Shown: one piece after another, positions 50,451 through 60,948 of the stretch | Layout of the letters: the number at the start of each line of letters is the position of its first letter | How positions within the stretch are numbered: the stretch's first letter is position 1 | Source of the DNA: Pseudovirgaria hyperparasitica | Taxonomy: Eukaryota | DNA: 64,000 nt | Strand: one strand, 5' to 3' | NCBI GenBank assembly: GCA_010093815.1 | Contig: ML996575.1 | Notes under the pieces: model-generated | The model's input: the letters and a program-made list of their open reading frames with translations, nothing else | What the model was told of the DNA's origin: nothing | Databases searched by the model: none | Translations under genes and position numbers: made by a program

Positions 50451-51905
50451 ATGGGTAGAAACGACTATATCGGCGCAGGCCAGTTTGCGACGCCAGGTAA
50501 AGGGAAGGCATCACAGCATGACGGGATCGAAAAGGACTCATCAAGCAGCGCACAAATTATTGGAGATGCCGGTAACGTATCTCAAGTGAAAGCAATATCA
50601 AGACCTACCAAGACTCAAGTGATCAAGAAGCATATTGGTAGATTCTGGGTATGTTACGGCATCGGTGGCATAGTTCTGCTCGCAATTGGTCTGCCAATCC
50701 TGTAGGTAGTCATACAGTACCAAAGGATCCCCAATAGATCATCTGGCTAATGTTGCAAACAGCTTCCTGGTCATCGTCCCCAAGATTGCGCAAAGGTTAG
50801 TCGACGATGCAGATCTCCCCATATACAGCGTCACCATCCGCAACCCAAAGGCCAACTCCGTGGTGATAACTCTTGCTACATCGCTCAAGATTCCAAAAGG
50901 CCTCACTGTCCACCTAGATCCACTCACTCTGCAACTGTATCGACCGGAAGAGCCAACGTTCATTCCATTCGTCGAGGTATCACTGCCAGGCTACAAACTC
51001 AGAGGCACGACAAACATCACTCTTGAGAACCAACTTGTGACCATTGGTGACATCGACCAGTTCACAAAGTTCCTCGGCAATGCAGTTGCAAACCAGAAAT
51101 TTGTCATTGCAGCTCGAGGGAAGGCAAGAGCGCACTTAGGTGCGCTACATGCAGATGTGACGTTGGATAAGAAGGTCACACTCGACGGTAGCTTCTCATC
51201 TCTTCAGGACTATTGCTTCAACGGGAATCTAATCCTTTGTTAGGGCTAGACAATCTGAAAGGCTTCTCGATTGACTCTGCAACAGCCGTATTTCCCCCTG
51301 AAGCAGACGGTACGAACTTGCGTGCGAGACTCACCATACCGAACAGATCAACGGTTTCATTCGATCTGGTGCCAATCCCCTCTAGTTTTGGTCGTGATGA
51401 TGATTCAACTGACAAATATGACCAGGGCAACGAAACACTCAATATCAACGGCCCAAACGGCCTCATACTGGGCAACGCAACCGTCCTAGATGTATACGTC
51501 CAGCCTGGAAACAACACGTTCGAAGCAACAGGCGTGCTCGACCTAGCCACACTTGTTGGTAATCTCCAGACCTTGATCACATACTGGGCCCCCAGCCTTG
51601 CGAATGGCAATATCAAGCTTGCCGCAAGTGGCAATGCGACTATCTTCAACGGTGAACACATCAAGTACTATGAAGATATATTGAACGGACTTGAGCTTGA
51701 AGGTGAGGTGCCAGTGATCAGCTTACTAGCGAACAGTCTTGGGAATCTACTTGGAGGTGGAATGGATGGAATTAAGAATCTCACTGACTATCTGGGTCTC
51801 AATGTGACCGAAATATTGGGCGAGTTTGACTCAAATTTGAATACATCAACGACGAGTGTACGGAGTAGGGCTGACCCAGTGATGAGAACCGTTGATATGG
51901 GCTGA
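50451..51905 (+). CDS. DUF3712 single-pass membrane protein
   Basis: KKHIGRFW followed by one TM helix, VPKIAQRLVDDA, beta-rich luminal domain with GLDNLKGF, IPNRS, LGN and VQPGNN; many N-glycosylation sequons; three introns. Confidence 0.85.
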
Positions 51906-52190
51906 ATGTTAAGCATAGTTTAGGAAGCGCATTGACAGTCCTGGTACAAGACTTGAAGAGTCCTTGTCACTTAGTCTCCTCATATAATGACCCAATGAAA
52001 AGATTTGTATTTGCTTAATTATGCTAGAACGCTAAGTGAAAGCTCAGGCATAGGACACAGTAGTTCACAAAGTCAATTGGAGAATACTGAGGTCAGAGCC
52101 CCCTCTGTACCATCTTTTTCCTGACTCGTATATCCTCGCGATCGCTCATATCTGACGAAATACAAGCATAATCTCCTCACACAGCGCTAT

Positions 52191-52249
52191 CCTCGGTCAT
52201 GTGGAGGACCGAGGCGCGGGAGTTCCTGCGAACCCCTGAGCTTCCGAGG
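52191..52249. promoter_or_regulatory. Three clustered CCTCGG/CCGAGG motifs (FarA/Ctf1-type sites) upstream of cytochrome b5
   Basis: CCTCGG 52191-52196, CCGAGG 52209-52214 and CCGAGG 52244-52249. Confidence 0.55.
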
Positions 52250-52379
52250 TGCACAGGAACCACTACCACTACACCTAAAGAAAACTATACTCGAATGACC
52301 TCCAAAAGATGAGTGAAATCGTCAAAAAGCCGCTCAAATTGTCCAACATCTCTTTCCCTCTCTCTCAACCATTAAAACC

Positions 52380-52847
52380 ATGCCGCACCCGCCCGCAGCC
52401 ACCACCATCACCACCACGGTGCAAGACGCATTTCAAAAGCCAAAGAAATCAGTCACATTTAGCAGCAACCAGGGTGCCAGCGAAAGTATTTCACTCGAAA
52501 CCTTTACGATAGAAGACGTACTCGCGCACGACAAGGCGGATGATATATGGGTCGTCATCGACGGTGAGGTGTTCGACTTGACGTCGTTTGTGGACGAGCA
52601 TCCAGGTGGACGAAAAGGTTGGTAATATAAAGGAGAGGGGGTGCTAGGGGGCTTCTTGTAGTGATGTGCTGATGCACAGTGTGCAGTTCTTCTCCCAGTT
52701 GCGGGCAAGGACGCAACGAAGCAGTTTCGGAAACATCATCGAGATGCAATCCTAATTCGGTATCGGCCAAGATTCAAGATCGGTGTAGTGGAACCTGAGG
52801 AGAAAAAGCTGAGATCGAGGTTTTCATTCTGGAGAAGAAGTCATTAG
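52380..52847 (+). CDS. Cytochrome b5-like heme-binding protein
   Basis: IWVVIDGEVFDLTSFVDEHPGG, intron at about 52618-52687, then AGKDATKQFRKHH; both heme-ligand His residues present. Confidence 0.9.
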
Positions 52848-53293
52848 TAATCTAGATCTAGATGAGTACACTGCATGTATATTGCTGAGCGACAGAGATC
52901 AAAGCATACTGAGTCACATATATGAAAGTGCAAGGTTCAGAATCATAGAATTTATTGTTTTTGCAAACGTCCTTGATGCCGGGGTATTCCATACTCCACG
53001 CTGCCATAACGCCTTCCATAAAACACAACCACGTTGCTCTTCGGCGCCAAACTCAGTGAGAATTCAATTTAAACAGATGGTACAGCGTGGCTGAGAAGGG
53101 AAAATCGCTCAGAGCTCTCCCAGGTACACCATATCATCGCAACCAGTCTCGAAAAAACCCAATCCCACAATGATCGATACCCAAAAAACCAAACCATCCA
53201 TATTCTAAATCCCCCAATCTCCATAACAAAATACCGTTTCTTCTGTCAAGTCCTCCAAGACAAATCCTCCAATAAACCTCCTCCGTAGTCGTT

Positions 53294-53485
53294 TCACAAC
53301 GTAGGCGCAATGCCAGAATGCGCAGCAGCAGGCGGCGCGTCGCTCAGCTCTGCATCGATGCCGCGCTTGATATGTGCGCAATGCACACGGTACGCAGCAC
53401 GTTCGGCGTGCGTCATGGCGAGGAAAAGCCGGACGCTGGCGACTTTCCAGGCGATGCTGCGACGCATGCGGTGGGAGAATGGCAT
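53294..53485 (-). CDS. Putative small (63 aa) basic protein
   Basis: ATG in CAACAATG context, C/A-rich leader and TATAAA about 185 bp upstream; no recognisable domain. Confidence 0.35.
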   Translation of the reverse strand: MPFSHRMRRSIAWKVASVRLFLAMTHAERAAYRVHCAHIKRGIDAELSDAPPAAAHSGIAPTL

Positions 53486-53967
53486 TGTTGGTGGGTGAGG
53501 GGTGGTGAATGAGGAGTCGTGGTTTTAAGTGGTGTTGAGGGTTTGAAATTGGGTTGTGTTGTTTTGGTTGTGCGTGGAGATGGAGTGCAAGGTGAGTAGA
53601 AGAAGTGCAAGATGAGTGGATGAAGAGCAAGATGAAGATTGTGAATTGAGTGGGAGGTTTAAGCAGTATTTATATGAGGATATGTGTTGTGGTGGTGGTA
53701 GACTAGTTTTTTTTTTCTTTGCAAAGTGGTTTCCGCGTGCTGCCGCTGTTTGGAACTTGCGGCCGTGATGCTTTGAGGATCGTGATGGACATTGGGAGAT
53801 CCATAGCTCTATCCCTTTTAGTTGTCCAGTTCCATGGAACGCGTCCGTATAGCCCGTCTTAGTCATATGCTCACTTACACGGATGGCAGGCATAAAAATC
53901 CCTAGACATTAAACATACGAAATTTAATGATTTACTCTGCTAAAATGCGAATCTCAAGATCATTACC

Positions 53968-56900
53968 TCAGTACCAAGGTTTGTAGCCACCGAAAAGATT
54001 ATCCAGCCTAGCCTCTCTGTCCCAGATCTTCACGCCATCGCTCTTTCTCCGGAAATACATGATACGATGCTGTGGAATGAACTCCTCGTCGGTCTGTTCG
54101 TCTTTCCAGCGATCAAGTGCAATCTCCTTGGCCCCGGTGAAGCGGTCAAGATATCCCACAATGAAGTCAGTGCTGTCAAGACTAGGATCCCAGCGGATGC
54201 GACTTATGACATCCGCTGCGGGACGAAGCCTCTTTCCCTTTACGAGAGGGCTTGATGTTGTCGGCCTACTTGTTGATCGGCTAGTGGGCTTGACTTTGGA
54301 CATTGTCGTGAGCTCTAGTCTCTCGAACTCATCAATGGGCAGGTCTTCTTCTTCTTCCTCGTCGAATTCTGAGAGATCAGCTTCGAAGATGTCGCTTCCC
54401 CAGGCCCTGTTGTCGACACGCAAGGCGCCTAGATCGGTATGTTTAACGTGCGAGACATCGACCCAGGCGATGTTGACATTGAAATATTGGTTGTTCTCCC
54501 GGATGTTGACTGCAAATTTGTCCAACATGTCTGTCAGTTTGTTCGCTACTACACGCTTGTCTTCGGTCGACTGGTTTGTTGCCCTATGCTCTTGGGTTTT
54601 AGTAAGCCCAACAAGATAGCAGCCTTGGAACTCTTTCGCGGCGGTAGATTCGATAGTACTCGAATCACAACTAGACTGGTCGCGTGTAAACCGAGCGGGC
54701 CATATTCTGCCGTGAATCTCGGGAAAGCGTCTGTTGAGGTCTACAAGGAGGGCTGGGAAGCGGCTTTCAATCCAGCCAAGGAGCTCACGGCCCTTGCTCA
54801 AGCCCCAGAACTGCACATCAATCCGGATATAACTGTTATACGAAGTCAAGAACTCTGTGACTGCATCTCTCCCATCGTCATGAAGGATTCTTTCCCAATC
54901 GATACCTGACTGCGCTTTGAGTTGAGTAATAATGATGTGATCTGCCCTCTGCAACTCTTGTTCTAATGTACGGACAGCGGGGATCGTTGCTTGACGTGCG
55001 ATATTCGTGTTGGGGGCGTTGAATCCGGTGATGACCATGGCCTCGCCAAAGTGTCGTGTATGCGGACGCCGGCCTTGAGTCTGCTGTATATCTGGATCTT
55101 CTACTGCATGCTTCTTCCAATCGAATGTAGCATAGTACCTGAAGAAGGCGCATACGATGTCTGCGGCAGTAAAAGTATCAACCTTATCATGACTCTGTCT
55201 GTAAAGGAGCTTGATGATACGATTCAGCAACATGGAGATGTGTAGACCTCCCAGAAAACCAAACCGCGCTGCATAGAGTCCCCGACCTACTGCCCAGATC
55301 ACGATGTAGCGGTAGGCAAGCTGGAACGCGGGAAAATTTGGAATCGTTTCTTGGAGGGCAGCCATGTCACGGACGGCTTTGAGCTTCGATAGTGCTTGAT
55401 GTGACAAAGAGAAGATTGGGTCGGAACTTGAAAGTGATAGCGGAGTTGGCCAGGTCTCCGCAATCCGTGTGGCGCAACAGTATTGAACATCAGCTCTCAC
55501 GTCCTGAACCTCGATCTCTAGCATAGTCCCAGTATGAGCTCCCACTTTTCGAAGGATCCGAATGCCTTGTTCGGATGACGCCCGGAGGCGTTGTATGGCA
55601 AGTGTGAAGAACGTCTTCGAGCTGATGGAGCCGATGCATAGACAGTCAATATCAGAGGCCGTGTTCCAGACATTCAAACCATAGGATCCAACTGGAACTA
55701 CGACCATTGAAACTCTATTCTCAGCATTTGAGATCTGCGAGAGACAAGTCCTAAGAATCTCAAAAATCTGCTTCCGCCGTGTGACTTCGTCGCTGGTGGG
55801 ATTCAAGACGTTATTAGCGATAAATTTTAGCAGACTTTGCGCATTGATACCAGATGCGTAGTTGACTAAACTTAGAGACGCTGCCGTGTCTAGTTCGAGG
55901 TGCCTGCTAGATACCACGCTGAATGTTGCTCGGACTCCCCAATGATCTGATCCACAGGTAGACTCTCTGCTTTCAACCTGTTCAGGAATGCCAAACATAT
56001 TGAATCGGACAGGCTGGAGGACATCCTTGCCTCTGACCAGAATCCTGTCATAACGTTGAGGTCGATGATGAGATCCATGTCCCACTATCTGCGCCGCCAA
56101 TGGGTTTCTCAATGGATCAAAAGTAGCACCCTGTTCTCCGTCAGGACATCCCTCTTCGGCCATCGTGTTCTCTTCCGATCCCGTAACCTCCCATGAGTCG
56201 ATGAAGCCAGCATCGGAAATTGTAGATTCTATCGAGTTCAATGTCCTCACAGTCTCCATTGTGATAGAGTGCGAATTCACAGCGTCGACGACCATCTGTT
56301 TCGAAGTGTTGATATTGAAGTCTCCAGCGATGATCCATGGTGAGCTGGGATACTTGGCAGACAAGTGGCGTGTCAGCGTACGAATCTGGCTTTGCTTGGC
56401 TGCCACAGATCCATCAGTCAGACCGCAAGTCAAATGGACCCCTGCAATGACAAGAGGGTAAGACTTTCCATCGTCGCCCTCGACACCAATATGAGGGAGA
56501 CGTATCAGTACAGCACCCTTGTGTCTGCGCTCAAAGGGAACAAATTCCCAAATGAAACTCCGGCGTGACAGAATGACGACATTCCTTAAACTGAGGAGAG
56601 GACCGACGTCAACCTGATCTGACGGGGCGTGCGTAGTGTAGGGATACTGTTGACGGATATCATCGTTGGAAAGGAGGTACGTCAGAAAATCGTCTGAGAC
56701 CTCTTGAAGCAAGAGTACATCGGCAGCGGCACGACTTGAGCGTATCGTATCCAGCAGGATGGCAAATCGTTCTCGAGGAGGTGGGAACAATGAGTCGATC
56801 AGGACATTATAGCTCGACACTGTGATACTGGTCGTGGTGTTCTGGCGCGTCCTGATTTGAGGCACAACGTCGAGAGCCTTCCATAGACATGCAGAAGGAT

Positions 56901-57600
56901 CAAATCGGTAAGTTGCTTCTTGAGATACTCGACTGACCGACACGATATCAGATGATGATTGTACAGTCGAACACCCCTGGTTGAGCTCTGGAACAGATTG
57001 TATTCCAGTATGGGACTTGATCAAATCATCGCAAGACCTGCCTCTGGCCGAGAGTCGGACTGTTCTCCAGACTTTCATCTTTCTGTCTTCGTCCCTAATC
57101 ATGATCGCGATTTCATGAACGGGCCACTCGATCTTCGGTAGTAGTCCGACCTTCAGAAGTAGCGAGTCACGTAATTCGGTATTTGTCGGCCCCGCTTGAC
57201 CGACTGTAACATGTGGGATGAATGAATCATGGTTAGATTGAGAGAGTATGGAGTTGATCCTCTGTCGCAGTTGTTGTAGCCCCTCATTGTCCTCCGGCCG
57301 TAAATGAACTGTAGAGCGGTATTTGTTTGCAAAATAGCCCGCTTCTCCTAGAATTAGATGCAATGGTTCCCATGGAGCTTCGGAAAATGCAGACTCCAGG
57401 AGGGATAAAGCTGTATCGAGAAGATCTGGATGAACGAAGGGACATGCAAGAGTTATGTGAGCAGGCCAAGTAGTCCAGTTTTTGTCGTAGGCAGCTCTGA
57501 GGCGATCGATTTCAGTTGTCAGGTGCGACGGTAAGATAATTGCTAATGCCGTCTGGTGCGAATGGAAACTCAAGGACTGTGCTTTTTGTGAGACCGCCAT
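53968..57600 (-). CDS. Multidomain 2H phosphoesterase + EEP + poly(A) polymerase-like nucleotidyltransferase + MJ1316 protein
   Basis: Single 1210-aa ORF: HIT (H48) and HVT (H130); SYNVL, LQEV, GDFN, RYDR, SDH; GSYG...SDIDC, RADVQY, WA..RGLY...FGFLGG; RIRWD, VGYLDRF, IPQHRI, IWDRE. Confidence 0.92.
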   Translation of the reverse strand: MAVSQKAQSLSFHSHQTALAIILPSHLTTEIDRLRAAYDKNWTTWPAHITLACPFVHPDLLDTALSLLESAFSEAPWEPLHLILGEAGYFANKYRSTVHLRPEDNEGLQQLRQRINSILSQSNHDSFIPHVTVGQAGPTNTELRDSLLLKVGLLPKIEWPVHEIAIMIRDEDRKMKVWRTVRLSARGRSCDDLIKSHTGIQSVPELNQGCSTVQSSSDIVSVSRVSQEATYRFDPSACLWKALDVVPQIRTRQNTTTSITVSSYNVLIDSLFPPPRERFAILLDTIRSSRAAADVLLLQEVSDDFLTYLLSNDDIRQQYPYTTHAPSDQVDVGPLLSLRNVVILSRRSFIWEFVPFERRHKGAVLIRLPHIGVEGDDGKSYPLVIAGVHLTCGLTDGSVAAKQSQIRTLTRHLSAKYPSSPWIIAGDFNINTSKQMVVDAVNSHSITMETVRTLNSIESTISDAGFIDSWEVTGSEENTMAEEGCPDGEQGATFDPLRNPLAAQIVGHGSHHRPQRYDRILVRGKDVLQPVRFNMFGIPEQVESRESTCGSDHWGVRATFSVVSSRHLELDTAASLSLVNYASGINAQSLLKFIANNVLNPTSDEVTRRKQIFEILRTCLSQISNAENRVSMVVVPVGSYGLNVWNTASDIDCLCIGSISSKTFFTLAIQRLRASSEQGIRILRKVGAHTGTMLEIEVQDVRADVQYCCATRIAETWPTPLSLSSSDPIFSLSHQALSKLKAVRDMAALQETIPNFPAFQLAYRYIVIWAVGRGLYAARFGFLGGLHISMLLNRIIKLLYRQSHDKVDTFTAADIVCAFFRYYATFDWKKHAVEDPDIQQTQGRRPHTRHFGEAMVITGFNAPNTNIARQATIPAVRTLEQELQRADHIIITQLKAQSGIDWERILHDDGRDAVTEFLTSYNSYIRIDVQFWGLSKGRELLGWIESRFPALLVDLNRRFPEIHGRIWPARFTRDQSSCDSSTIESTAAKEFQGCYLVGLTKTQEHRATNQSTEDKRVVANKLTDMLDKFAVNIRENNQYFNVNIAWVDVSHVKHTDLGALRVDNRAWGSDIFEADLSEFDEEEEEDLPIDEFERLELTTMSKVKPTSRSTSRPTTSSPLVKGKRLRPAADVISRIRWDPSLDSTDFIVGYLDRFTGAKEIALDRWKDEQTDEEFIPQHRIMYFRRKSDGVKIWDREARLDNLFGGYKPWY

Positions 57601-58199
57601 AACAACAGTTCCTCCGGATCTATCGTGGTAAGTAACGTGATAAGAAGTAGTGTAAAGAAAAGCAAATTGAACCAGAAGGTCTTATGCTAGAAAATGAAAT
57701 TGAGCCACTAATGAGATGAATGGTATCGCATACGGATGCAGACCATGGTGGACAAGCCTACTTAATGTCGCCAACTGATATTCACAACAATGACGAATGC
57801 GCCTCTCGAGAAGCCTGTTTCTGGTGACTCCCATGCCGTCGTTCCAGAGCGTTTGAAGCGCTGCTTTTTGACTCATTTAGGTGCACTTTATTTGCATGAT
57901 TACACGGACTTGAAAGATAATTTCGTTGCCGGAAACCATATACAGTGTGACTCAAGCACGGGAACCAGCCAAAGGATGGCTGTGGCTGTGCATCTCGCGA
58001 CTACCACGACCGGATGACTCATCGTGGCTCATTATGAATCATACAAATAGCAAGCCTCAATAATGCCACTAGACAGGAGCGTAGTGTTTGAGATGGAATT
58101 GCGATGGGAGATGACTGATCCGTCGAATGTGAAGAGTTTGCCTACAGCGGATGATATGATGATACTTGCTGCCTGAGGCAAACACGCTAGCCCTTCTCG

Positions 58200-58680
58200 T
58201 CTTAACTCTTACCACTTTCTAGTACTCATACACACACATTCTCTCTTCTCTATCACTACTTAAGGCCTATATCTCGGGTTGAGAGTCTATGCTATATAGT
58301 ATATAGATATATAAAAGTAAGTTATACATTAACTCTCTAAGATTCTCTAGCTTTGAAGTTATCGAAAGTGGAGACGAGTTCAAATCCAAGTTTAAACAGA
58401 CGATAAGTTTGTGAACATATTCTCTAGGTACTAATTACTTGACTTGCTATAGTTCATCTCTTTAAGAAAGTCTTACTTCTGTTATTAAGATACTCTCTAT
58501 AAGCGTCAACAGGAAATATAAGTTTTTATACGTATACTCTTACGTATACTTATCCCACGATAAGAAGCTCTTATATATACATCTATATAGCGTAGCCGAA
58601 AAACGAGAATTGCACACTTATACGCAAGTTATAGGAATAACATGTTCTATCTAAGTAATGGGTTGTCAGGCCTAACGATG
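58200..58680. other. AT-rich, TpA-rich segment (possible RIP-degraded repeat relic)
   Basis: Visibly low GC, with abundant TA dinucleotides and no ORF of 60 aa or more; judged by eye only. Confidence 0.4.
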
Positions 58681-58686
58681 CTACTT

Positions 58687-58760
58687 TCGTCTTCTCGTCT
58701 TCTCGTCTTCTCGTCTTCTCGTCTTCTCGTCTTCTCGTCTTCTCGTCTTCTCGTCTTCTC
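58687..58760. repeat. 8-bp tandem repeat (TCGTCTTC)9
   Basis: Nine consecutive perfect units. Confidence 0.95.
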
Positions 58761-58980
58761 TTCTTACTAGATTCCTAGATTTGTAGTACAGCGTTGATTA
58801 ACTCAGATTAGACGAGTAGAGTACGGGACATCAAGTCAAGAGATCCTGACGGTGTTATATAGGCCAAAAGTGCCGATACATGCATAAGTACTTATATTGA
58901 GAGCAGTCCTCCAAAGCGAAGAGACGAGAAAGGAAACAGACACAAGACAACCATTCAACACAACCCCCCCCCCCCCCCCT

Positions 58981-60021
58981 TCAAAGCCACCTCTCAAAGA
59001 ACCTCACCGCCTGCACAAAAACCTCCTCCTTCGCCACCCTCTGCACCCGATCACTCACATTCGCACGCACCCCAAACCCATGACTCGTCCCGCCAAACAA
59101 CCCCACCACATACGGCACCCCCGTCCCGCCCAACAACCCCTCCACCACCCCCCTCCTCTCCGGCCCAACCATCCCATCCACCTCCGCAAACGCCACACCC
59201 ACAGGACCCCCAACAGCCTGGATCTCGCCGTCCTCAAGCAGGCTTGGGTGCGCGGCATAGGCGACCTGTGCGCTGGGCGTGTGTGTGGGCGAAAGGAAGC
59301 GCAGGGCGTAGCGGCCGCCGAAGCAGTAGCCTGTGATTGCGATGCGGGAGGTGTGGAAGTGGGTGTGCAGGGTGTTCAGGGCGGTGGTGACGAGGGGGTC
59401 GGTGGTGTTGGGGGCGTGCTGCGCGAGGAAGGCGCTGGTGTTGAAGGCTGGTGTGCCGGGGGATGTGAGGTCGACTGGGGCCGGAGTGCCGTTGAAGAGG
59501 TCGGGGGCGAGGGTGAGGTAGCCGGCGCGGGCGAAGGAGTCGGCGAGGCTGTTTGCGGTGTGTGTTAGGGTGGAGTCGTGGTATGCTGCTTTGAAAGCAA
59601 GAGGAGATATCTAGATCTGAAGGTGGGGGATGGAGATGGAGATGGAATAAGATGAGCTCGGGAGACAGGATAAGAATGAGAGGAAGAGCGACAGAAAAAG
59701 GGACAACCCACAGTCTATTCTGCAACAGCTGAATCCCAAACACATCCGTCAGATACAACACCGCAACCCCATCCCTCGCCGTCCCCTTCTCCGGCTCCGA
59801 AACATACATATTCACTATCACACTCGTCAGCATCATCTCTCTCTCTCTCCACACAACATTATCCCCTCCACAAACGCACCTCCATCAAACACCCTCTCAT
59901 ACCCCACCGACGACCCATTATGCGCCACAAGCGAACCATCAACACAAGTCCGACGCGCCACCACCACGCCCGCAAACGCAACCGCCACAAGCGCAAACAA
60001 ACGTGTGCAAAAAAGCATCAT
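58981..60021 (-). CDS. Dienelactone hydrolase family protein with signal peptide
   Basis: Spliced over introns 59815-59879 and 59549-59711: LYLTDVFG, LADSFARAGY..LAPDLF, GYCFGG nucleophile elbow, AHPS, EVD and HGFGVR. Confidence 0.9.
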
Positions 60022-60948
60022 AGCAGCAGCCCGACAATCTCACACACATATACTTTAAAAAAAAAAGGCCAAAAGCGCGCGGGTGATAATGCGACGTTGA
60101 AATAGACACGCAATGACCCCGAGGCGGGTATTAGGCCAAACTTTATATACGCTTTCTGCCAACTCTGGTGGCGTTGCGGGCGCTGTAGTGTGTGGTGATT
60201 GAAGGGTGCCTAATCAGGCTAAATCCGTGGTATAAACCCCCCGCGGGCTGGGCCAGGACGGGCCGGTGGTGTAACCTACCTTACGTGCGGGTGGACCGGG
60301 GGGGACGCCACGCGCCTTCCTGATGCGGGAGCAGCCGTTGACGTGCAGTGTGAGGGGTTGGTGGAATGGTGCATGGGTATGAGATGGTTTTACTGGCGGG
60401 TTGGGCTGTGGTGCCGTTATCTCGTTCCTGGGTGTGTAATATAATTATGTTGTGTTACACAGGGTAATCGTGCCCTTGTCCTGCGCTGGAATGATGCCCC
60501 GAGGTGGGAGGCCCCACTTATGTACCTCCTCTACGCAGATTCAAACTCAACTCACTCCACAGCCTTCGACTCCACCAGCTTCTTGCCAAACAATTCAAGT
60601 CTCAAATCTTCACGATTTCTTTTCGTCAAGATGGACTTCAGTTACCTCAATCCGTTCTTATCCTTTGTGTTTGATTTCCGTCTTGGAGCCTCTTTCACGT
60701 TCTTCGGGCAAAATTGGTTTCGATCTCTTTTTTAAGAGGATCTACCATCGATTTCGTTAACAAAGGAATCGAAAGTAGTCTTGACCGAAGATAGAACATG
60801 CTGCAAGAATTAAACCAAGAGAAAAAAAATGGAATAGAGGTAAATGAATAAAAAGTTGTGAAGGTTTGATGTTTGAAGTGTCTTTGAAGTGATGTCATGT
60901 AGATTGTCATTATGCATTATCTAGCTGCGGCCGTCTAAGTAAGCTACC

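Noticed and set aside
58897..59568. 223-aa Pro/His- then Gly/Val-rich plus-strand ORF
   Set aside because: Antisense shadow of the skewed dienelactone hydrolase exon.
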